Assembly: GCA_053919585.1 (NCBI GenBank) | Contig: CM132825.1 | Strand: one strand, 5' to 3' | Length of the DNA: 64,000 bases | From: Euprymna scolopes | Taxonomy: Eukaryota | Notes under the pieces: generated by a model | Database searches by the model: none | Told to the model about the DNA's origin: nothing | The model's input: the letters and a program-made list of their open reading frames with translations, nothing else | Translations under genes and position numbers: made by a program | Shown here: piece after piece, positions 55,441 through 64,000 of the stretch | Position numbering within the stretch: the first letter of the stretch is position 1 | Layout of the letters: each line of letters opens with the position of its first letter

Positions 55441-58400
55441 AAACATTACCTATAAACACTGATAATTTCATGAGAATACAGTATTTACATGAACACCGTT
55501 TTAGAGATAAGTGTCAAAAATTAAAAACATTACCTATAAACACTGATAATTTCATGAGAATACAGTATTTACATGAACACCGTTTTAGAGATAAGTGTCA
55601 AAAATTAAAAACATTACCTATAAACACTGATAATTTCATGAGAATACAGTATTTACATGAACACCGTTTTAGAGATAAGTGTCAAAAACTAAAAACATTA
55701 CCTATAAACACTGATAATTTCATGAGAATACAGTATTTACATGAACACCGTTTAAGAGATAAGTGCCAAAAATTAAAAACATTACCTATAAACACTGATA
55801 ATTTCATGAGAATACAGTATTTACATGAACACCGTTTTAGAGATAAGTGTCAAAAACTAAAAACATTACCTATAAACACTGATAATTTCATGAGAATACA
55901 GTATTTACATGAACACCGTTTAAGAGATAAGTGTCAAAAACTAAAAACATTACCTATAAACACTGATAATTTCATGAGAATACAGTATTTACATGAACAC
56001 CGTTTTAGAGATAAGTGTCAAAAATTAAAAACATTACCTATAAACACTGATAATTTCATGAGAATACAGTATTTACATGAACACCGTTTTAGAGATAAGT
56101 GTCAAAAACTAAAAACATTACCTATAAACACTGATAATTTCATGAGAATACAGTATTTACATGAACACCGTTTTAAAGATAAGTGTCAAAAATTAAAAAC
56201 ATTACCTATAAACACTGATAATTTCATGAGAATACAGTATTTACATGAACACCGTTTTAGAGATAAGTGTCAAAAATTAAAAACATTACCTATAAACACT
56301 GATAATTTCATGAGAATACAGTATTTACATGAACACCGTTTAAGAGATAAGTGTCAAAAATTAAAAACATTACCTATAAACACTGATAATTTCATGAGAA
56401 TACAGTATTTACATGAACACCGTTTAAGAGATAAGTGTCAAAAATTAAAAACATTACCTATAAACACTGATAATTTCATGAGAATACAGTATTTACATGA
56501 ACACCGTTTAAGAGATAAGTGTCAAAAATTAAAAACATTACCTATAAACACTGATAATTTCATGAGAATACAGTATTTACATGAACACCGTTTTAGAGAT
56601 AAGTGTCAAAAATTGAAAACATTACCTATAAACACTGATAATTTCATGAGAATACAGTATTTACATGAACACCGTTTAAGAGATAAGTGTCAAAAATTAA
56701 AAACATTACCTATAAACACTGATAATTTCATGAGAATACAGTATTTACATGAACACCGTTTAAGAGATAAGTGTCAAAAATTAAAAACATTACCTATAAA
56801 CACTGATAATTTCATGAGAATACAGTATTTACATGAACACCGTTTTAGAGATAAGTGTCAAAAATTAAAAACATTACCTATAAACACTGATAATTTCATG
56901 AGAATACAGTATTTACATGAACACCGTTTAAGAGATAAGTGTCAAAAATTAAAAACATTACCTATAAACACTGATAATTTCATGAGAATACAGTATTTAC
57001 ATGAACACCGTTTAAGAGATAAGTGTCAAAAATTAAAAACATTACCTATAAACACTGATAATTTCATGAGAATACAGTATTTACATGAACACCGTTTTAG
57101 AGATAAGTGTCAAAAATTAAAAACATTACCTATAAACACTGATAATTTCATGAGAATACAGTATTTACATGAACACCGTTTAAGAGATAAGTGTCAAAAA
57201 TTAAAAACATTACCTATAAACACTGATAATTTCATGAGAATACAGTATTTACATGAACACCGTTTTAGAGATAAGTGTCAAAAATTAAAAACATTACCTA
57301 TAAACACTGATAATTTCATGAGAATACAGTATTTACATGAACACCGTTTAAGAGATAAGTGTCAAAAACTAAAAACATTACCTATAAACACTGATAATTT
57401 CATGAGAATACAGTATTTACATGAACACCGTTTTAAAGATAAGTGTCAAAAACTAAAAACATTACCTATAAACACTGATAATTTCATGAGAATACAGTAT
57501 TTACATGAACACCGTTTTAGAGATAAGTGTCAAAAATTAAAAACATTACCTATAAACACTGATAATTTCATGAGAATACAGTATTTACATGAACACCGTT
57601 TAAGAGATAAGTGTCAAAAATTAAAAACATTACCTATAAACACTGATAATTTCATGAGAATACAGTATTTACATGAACACCGTTTTAGAGATAAGTGTCA
57701 AAAATTAAAAACATTACCTATAAACACTGATAATTTCATGAGAATACAGTATTTACATGAACACCGTTTAAGAGATAAGTGTCAAAAATTAAAAACATTA
57801 CCTATAAACACTGATAATTTCATGAGAATACAGTATTTACATGAACACCGTTTAAGAGATAAGTGTCAAAAATTAAAAACATTACCTATAAACACTGATA
57901 ATTTCATGAGAATACAGTATTTACATGAACACCGTTTTAGAGATAAGTGTCAAAAATTAAAAACATTACCTATAAACACTGATAATTTCATGAGAATACA
58001 GTATTTACATGAACACCGTTTAAGAGATAAGTGTCAAAAATTAAAAACATTACCTATAAACACTGATAATTTCATGAGAATACAGTATTTACATGAACAC
58101 CGTTTTAGAGATGAGTGTCAAAAATTAAAAACATTACCTATAAACACTGATAATTTCATGAGAATACAGTATTTACATGAACACCGTTTAAGAGATAAGT
58201 GTCAAAAATTAAAAACATTACCTATAAACAATGATAATTTCATGAGAATACAGTATTTACATGAACACCGTTTTAAAGATAAGTGTCAAAAACTAAAAAC
58301 ATTACCTATAAACACTGATGATTTCATGAGAATACAGTATTTACATGAACACCGTTTTAAAGATAAGTGTCAAAAACTAAAAACATTACCTATAAACACT

Positions 58401-58623
58401 GATGATTATATAAAAAAAAGAAATATAAAACGATTTATTAAGGAATTTAAAGTGTAGGATCAGTTTCATACATAAATTTAACGCAAAATAATCGTCTTTT
58501 TCCGAAATATTCTAGTGTGTTAGGGCAGTTAATCAAAAACAAAATCTTTTTTTTCTATTAGAAATATGTGCGTTTATTTGCATGGGATGTCTTTCAAAAG
58601 TGATTACACATGGTTTTACGATG

Positions 58624-60185
58624 TGTAGCAGAAGTAGTAATAACTAAAATGAGGGGAAAAAGAGCTTACCTCAGGTACGTCTGTTGTGTCACCGGTTGGG
58701 GGGAAAAGAGAATTCCAAGATGGCGTCCGGGGTTTTTTATTAGCGTTTACCCCATGCAACTCTCGGAAAATCACGTTTCTTTCTCATGTGATTATGCAAA
58801 TGGATAATTCCCGGCCACTATAAAAGCAGGAGGCTAGAGACGAGTCGGCAGTGTCCTGCAAACTGTGTGTGTGGGTGTTTCTGGCGATTGGAGTGTGTCT
58901 TCTTTTACCACGGTTATCACGGACAGGAATTCCCTCTCTTCTGGAGGTGGGCGATATTGACTATTTTGAAGTTGTACTGTTGCTGACAGAACATTTATTA
59001 TTTTTTTTGCCTACTACATTTTTGTTTTGTCGATCAAACTAAAGCTGGTGGTAAACACTTTAGTTAAAGAATTAGAATGGCCTAAAAATGATGATTATTT
59101 TATACTAAATTTATATTCGAAACTGTGTTGGAATTATTTTTGTACCAATAATGCTGCATTCACCCTGTTTACGTTTGTTATTTTTTATCTGGTTCTTATA
59201 TATGATTTTTTGTATTTTGTATCCTTTATGATTTTTAGTTTCGTATATTTTGGGTTTGCACGAAACTCGCTTTAATTTGGAGAAAAGGGAAATGCTAGCT
59301 CTGTGATGACATCACGAGCCCAGCGCATATTTCGTCCTCTTTTGAAATTCTGCTGACGTGGAGAGTGAACGTGTTCATTGCCCGGCGCTGAAAATGGAAT
59401 TTTGACGAGCCCTACTTCAAAGAAGAAAACCCGGCAAGAAATTAATACCCGGTTACGTGACGAGACGTACTTCTGGAAACTATTTACGTGACTATGGTTT
59501 TGCACGTATTTTACAAGGAGTGAAATTATTTTAAAGAAAATACATGACAAGGAATTTTGGAATTTCCTATCCGGACAAGCGACGAGGTCTTGCTCCTGAA
59601 ATTCATCTGTGTGTCTATGGTTCGCATGTAACATGGAGGGAAAGAAAATTCTAAAAGAACTTTAAACAAAAAAAAGAAAAGGCCTGATTGGTTTTCAATT
59701 GTGAGTATGCTCCTAAAATTAATTTTATGTGCGAGTGAGATTAGGAGATACTATTTTGTATTTTATTATTGTATTCGTTAATAGATACACACATCTTTAT
59801 AAGAACCAGTGTTATTTTTTTCATTACATGTTACTTTTTTCATATGTTACCTTGGCGTTTCATAAGTTTAATGCCTGCAAAGGGAAAAATTTGCAACTTA
59901 TTGTAAATAAAATTTCTTCTTCATTTCAAATTAAGACGTTTATATTTCATTCTTTACTCCCTCCCCCTCTTTTATTCCATGCTGTCATTTTTTTTCCAGT
60001 TTAGTTACTTTAGCGTCGAATTTATCTGGAAGCAGGATAAATTCCGACAACTGAGCCCCCATTCTAAATATTAAAATGATTGCTTTTCTTTCCGTCAAGT
60101 TTTTTTTAAGGATTTCACACGTAATCACCTATAGAATTAACATTTCATTTTGGAATGGGGATTTAGCTGAGAGTGTTAATCTACA
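58624..60185 (+). mobile_element. Probable solo LTR (~1.56 kb)
   Basis: TGTAG...CTACA inverted termini, TATA box at 58819, AATAAA at 59906, non-coding. No matching TSD (GATG vs ATTA), but the right flank abuts the (TTA)n of the next LINE. Confidence 0.5.
58716..58853 (+). promoter_or_regulatory. Pol II core promoter motif cluster
   Basis: CAAGATGGCG (YY1-type, 58716-58725), octamer ATGCAAAT (58794-58801), TATAAAA (58819-58825), and Inr-like CAGT with its A 31 nt after the TATA start. Confidence 0.55.

Positions 60186-60233
<48 letters not shown>
60186..60233. repeat. (ATT)n microsatellite
   Basis: ~16 perfect ATT units. Confidence 0.97.
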
Positions 60234-60234
<1 letters not shown>

Positions 60235-61050
60235 GGGTGTAGACATCATGAACAGAGAAATGAAATAAAAAGTAAGGAAGGAGTATCTTAGAAGAGTGAA
60301 ACTAATTGCGAAGTTGAAATTGTATGGAGGAAACCTAATGAAAACGGTGAATGCATGGACAGTCAGTGTTTTCAGATACAGTGCGGGAATTTTAGAATGG
60401 TCTGACAGGGAGTTGTATGCCATGGATATCAAAAACAAGTTTTAGTAATGTTTGGTATATTTCACATTCGAAGTAGCATAGCAAGGCTGTATCAAAAGAG
60501 GAAAGACGGTGGGAGAGGATTGAAAAGTGTAAAAAATTGTGTTAGAACCGAGGAGATATCGTTGAAGGAGCATGTGGTTAGAAGTGAGGAGTGGATGCTT
60601 AAGGTTGTGGCCAATAAAGTGGAGGTATGTGAGACCAAGGCTTATTATGTGAAACGTGTGGATAGAGAAAGGGCAGAGGAACTGGCTAGAGAGAAAATGC
60701 ATGGAAGGTTCTTCCAGGATATAGCAGAAGTGGCTGATGAAAGATCATGGCAATGGCTTAGAGCTGGGTATCTGGCTAAGAAGCTTTTGTTTGTGCAGCA
60801 CAAGAGCAGGCATTAGGAACACGATTGTTCAAAAAAGTAGTTCTAGTAGCTGAAGTTGCTGCAGAATGCCGGATTAGTGGTAAGACCTCTGATACAATTG
60901 TGCATCTTGCAGCAGGGTGTAGTGGACTGGCCCAAAGAGAGTACCGCAAAAGACATGCTCGCATGGGACTGGATATATTGGAAGGTGAATAAGAGGGTTA
61001 GGGTGAAGTGTGCTAGAAAATGGTTTGAGGAGGTGCCTGATACAATCTGA
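60231..61050 (+). mobile_element. Truncated R4-clade (Dong/Rex6-like) non-LTR retrotransposon fragment
   Basis: KEYLRRVKLIAKLKLYGGNLMKTVNAWTVSVFRYSAGILEW...RLYQKRKDGGRGL...KMHGRF...SWQWL...AAQEQAL...CRISGKTSDTIVHLAAGC...EYRKRH. This is the RT thumb through the CCHC/RH region of RLE-type LINEs. It is frameshifted and ends before the endonuclease core. Confidence 0.85.
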
Positions 61051-61219
61051 TCTGGCTTTTTTTTAAATCAAACTGACTCTTTTGTTGTCTACAATTTTCA
61101 ATCAATTACAAAGAAAACATTTCAGAAAAAATATACATGGAAATTTAGCGGGGTTTATGTAATAATGTTAAAATTTACAAAAAACAAGAAATTTCTAATT
61201 GAATATTTATAAATTTTAA

Positions 61220-61310
61220 AAGAATCAGAATCTGGAATCGTATTGGAATCGGAAATTTAGAATGGAATTAATAATTGTATCAGAATCGAGAAACATTTTG
61301 GAATCGTCTC

Positions 61311-61317
<7 letters not shown>
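61220..61317 (+). mobile_element. Right end of hAT-like element with GGAATC repeats
   Basis: Clustered (G/A)GAATC motifs end in ...GGAATCGTCTCATCACTA, whose reverse complement TAGTGATG is a hAT-type terminus. Confidence 0.5.

Positions 61318-61376
<59 letters not shown>
61316..61376. repeat. (TA)n microsatellite
   Basis: Pure TA run of ~60 bp. Confidence 0.98.
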
Positions 61377-61377
<1 letters not shown>

Positions 61378-61379
<2 letters not shown>

Positions 61380-63310
61380 GTGCTATATTAAAAAAGAAGT
61401 TAGTTTCCCTTTTTAGCTAAAGTTAGATTCCGTAATTAATTGGTTTGTCTCCCTTAAAAATAAACACCTCCTTAACTTCATAACCTTTGACATCAACAAT
61501 TATTATCAATCAATTTCTCCCATCCTTTTAAATAAGGCTCTAATCTTTGCTCAAAGAAATTCTGACTTAACTCATTTAGAAATTAAATTAATTCTCCTAG
61601 CCAGGAAGTCCCTTATACAATTTAACAATAAGTCTTGGACTAGAAAAGACACCCCTAATAATTTGGACATCATAATGGGTTCTTCTGACTCTGCAAAGAT
61701 TACGGAGTGGGCCTCTTCTTACTGAAAGAATTTAAATATCATTTTAAACATATCCATGGGGGCCTTTATAGAGACGATGCCCTTTTTAGTAGAACAGCTA
61801 GGCCAAGAGAGTACAACAAAACAATTTAAAAATTACATAACTTTTTTTTAACAACTTTGGCCTTTCTATAATTATCTAACCAAACAAAAAAACTTCAAAT
61901 TTTCTAATTTAAGCACCGAGACTTATAGCCCCTATCATAAACCCAACCTTACTCTTTTATACATCCATAAATCTTCTAACCACCCCAACTCAATTATAAA
62001 ATCTTTAATACCATCCGTCCCTAGAAGATTTTCTACTCTTTCTGCCGATAAAAAAAATCTTTAATCAAAATACTACTTTCTTCAATAATGCCTTAAGGAA
62101 TTCAAAACACAATGAAAAGATTAAATACAACCATTATGCTCCTCCTGCTGGCCGCCTTAAATCTGTTATCACACACCATATGACTCGCAAGAAACCAGTT
62201 CAAATAACAAGATCTGTCGCTATCAATAGTAATGAACCACTCTACATAATCCAAACCAACATACTAATCGTAATACCTCTAACCCATCCAGATACATCAG
62301 GAGAAAGAAAAATATTTGGTTTAATCCTCCATTTAGCGTAAATGTCAAAACCAATATATCTAATTAATTCTTCAACATTGTACAAAACTCTTTCAAATAC
62401 CCACACAGATATAGTTCTATTTTCAATAAAAGCACAATAAGGATTCCTTATTAAACTATGCCTAATTTAGCACAAAGAATCTTAACATCTAATAACAAAA
62501 AATTAAATCAGCCCAAAAAATCCCTTTCCCAATTAAACCCAAAACCAACTGCAATTGTAATAACAAACACCTTTGCCCACTCAACAATAATTGCATCCAT
62601 AGAGATGTTATATATTCATGCACAATTACAGAGCTCCTACGCAATCCTCCCATAACAGACACTAATATTTTGTTATCAAGTTATCCCTCTTCCCACCCTC
62701 CATCTAGTATAGTTACTAATCCAATAAACCATTCAAGCAGCCCCTCTATTTACAATCATGCAACTAGCAATAATAATAATAATAATAATAATAATATTTC
62801 TCCTAATAGCCATCCTAACACTAACAACACTCATTACCCCCTCCAAAACAGTCCTCCCACAATCATTGTCCTGCCTTATGTTCATCACAATCAACAAAAT
62901 TCAAACTATTTCCCCAGTACAAATCAGCAAATTAATATTAATTTCAGACCTCGAGCTGTTAATAAAGTACATACATATATCGGCACTACTTCAACATTAA
63001 TTAAGAAAAGAATATCAGACCACACTTCTTCTTTTAACAACCAAAATTCTAATGATAACCAAGGAACTTCTCTAACCACTTTAATTAAAAAACTTAATTC
63101 TAACAATATTAATATCTGAATTAAATGGACTATCCTAAAAAAGGCTAAGTCATATCGCCTATATATATCAGACTCTAAGTCATATCGCCTCTGCACAACC
63201 GAAGCTATAATTATAATCACTTCTTCTCAAAGTAGGAATATAATAAACTCTAAAAAAGAACTGATCTCCTACTGCAAACATAAGTCAAAAATTTAAATAT
63301 GGTAAATTTG
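61378..63310 (+). mobile_element. 5'-truncated, decayed Penelope-like element (RT + C-terminal GIY-YIG endonuclease)
   Basis: RT motifs: SVINWF...FITFDINNYYQSIS; MGSSDSAKITE/VGLFLL; GGLYRDDAL; YIHKSSNHPNSIIK; RRKKNIWFNPPFSVNVKTNI. Endonuclease motifs: CNCNNKHLCPLNNNC, VIY...YIGTT...KKRISDHTSSF, IKWTIL, RLCTTE, ELISYCKHK. Confidence 0.92.
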
Positions 63311-63706
63311 TAAGTACATAGCTATTAAATTAACCTTTCAGATATATATATTTTTCTATAACATTATCGTTTTTTCTACATACTTTCTTAGCATTTTATA
63401 ATTTTGTAATTTTTATTGTAATTCTTTATTTCTTCTTTTTTGGCCGGTTTTACATCTGCAATCTCCGTTTTAGTGTTTAAATATTTCTATCAATTAAATA
63501 TATCCATCTACCTACACATTTATATTCTGTATGTATGATTATTCATATATTTTACTATGTGTATTTACTTGCATACTTACTTGTCTTATTCCGGAATTTG
63601 CAGATACCGGCCATCCTCTTCCCTTATTTTTTTTTAACTATTTATTTATATTTAATTACTCTGTTGTGTATATATATTATGTATTTTTGTAATTATATGC
63701 ATTCAT

Positions 63707-63731
63707 ATGTATGTATGTACGTATGTATGTA
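63707..63731. repeat. (TATG)n microsatellite
   Basis: ATGTATGTATGTACGTATGTATGTA immediately precedes the LINE. Confidence 0.85.
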
Positions 63732-64000
63732 CGCTGGAATGTGAGAACACTTATTGACAATGGTAAAAGACTAGAACGGAAGACTGCAATTTTGACTAAG
63801 GAATTTCAAAGATACAATATAGACATTGCTGCATTCTCTGAGACACGTTTCACAGGTGAGGATCAACTGGTTGAGCGCGAGTCGGGCTATACGATCTTCT
63901 GTTCTGGTAGAGCTGAAAAGGAGAGGCGTGAGGCTGGTGTTGGTTTTGCAATTAAGAACTCCTTAATTGACAAGATCGAACAGCCAGTAGGCATAAATGA
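63732..64000 (+). mobile_element. RTE-like LINE, APE endonuclease N-terminal part (continues beyond window)
   Basis: Open frame from 63735: WNVRTLIDNGKRLERKTAILTKEFQRYNIDIAAFSETRFTGEDQLVERESGYTIFCSGRAEKERREAGVGFAIKNSLIDKIEQPVGIN, with the WNVRTL, DIAALSETR and GVGFAI motifs. Confidence 0.9.

Larger units (their letters stand above)
12047..58407 (+). repeat. 84-bp satellite DNA array, ~550 head-to-tail copies, ~46.4 kb
   Basis: Consensus AAACACTGATAATTTCATGAGAATACAGTATTTACATGAACACCGTTTTAGAGATAAGTGTCAAAAAYTAAAAACATTACCTAT (~26% GC). Most copies have 0-3 substitutions, with occasional 1-bp indels. No inversion or foreign insertion was seen. Confidence 0.99.

Noticed and set aside
12036-55455. 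The ~80 MRIQYLHEHRFRDKCQK... ORFs as a protein-coding gene family
   Set aside because: They are read-through of an 84-bp satellite. Stops (TAA, TAG, TGA) and 1-bp frameshifts have been copied repeatedly within HORs, which argues against coding constraint in most of the array.
12047-58407. CRISPR array or variable-cassette system
   Set aside because: There are no unique spacers and no cas or recombinase genes. Monomers abut directly and differ only by point variants, and the context is eukaryotic.
60076-60291. Poly-Leu ORF resembling a signal peptide or transmembrane segment
   Set aside because: It is the translation of the (TTA)n microsatellite.
63145-63190. 16-bp direct repeat CTAAGTCATATCGCCT as a TSD
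   Set aside because: It encloses only 14 bp inside the PLE endonuclease and is better explained as a small local duplication.

Overview
AT-rich eukaryotic (probably invertebrate animal) DNA. I found no intact cellular gene; the window is essentially all repeats. (1) 1-12 kb is a transposon graveyard: Tc1 and pogo-like transposase relics, a solo LTR with a TSD, and a four-level nest in which a TIR element holds a decayed Gypsy (Mag/K02A2.6-like) LTR element, which holds a non-autonomous Helitron, which holds a foldback MITE. The Gypsy element has lost RT/RNase H and carries six tandem PBS-leader units after its 3' LTR. (2) About 12,047-58,407 is a 46-kb head-to-tail array of an 84-bp satellite (~550 copies). 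It shows modular higher-order repeats, layered variant domains and an apparent long-range conversion patch. The monomer is exactly 28 codons, is open in one frame and resembles a decayed C2H2 zinc-finger repeat. (3) 58.6-64 kb holds a probable solo LTR with intact core-promoter motifs, an R4/Dong-like LINE fragment next to (TTA)n, a Penelope-like element whose GIY-YIG motif is split by a 120-codon open spacer, and the start of an RTE-like LINE. Nearly all ORF-track entries are satellite read-through or TE fragments. All family assignments are by-eye motif recognition, not database searches.
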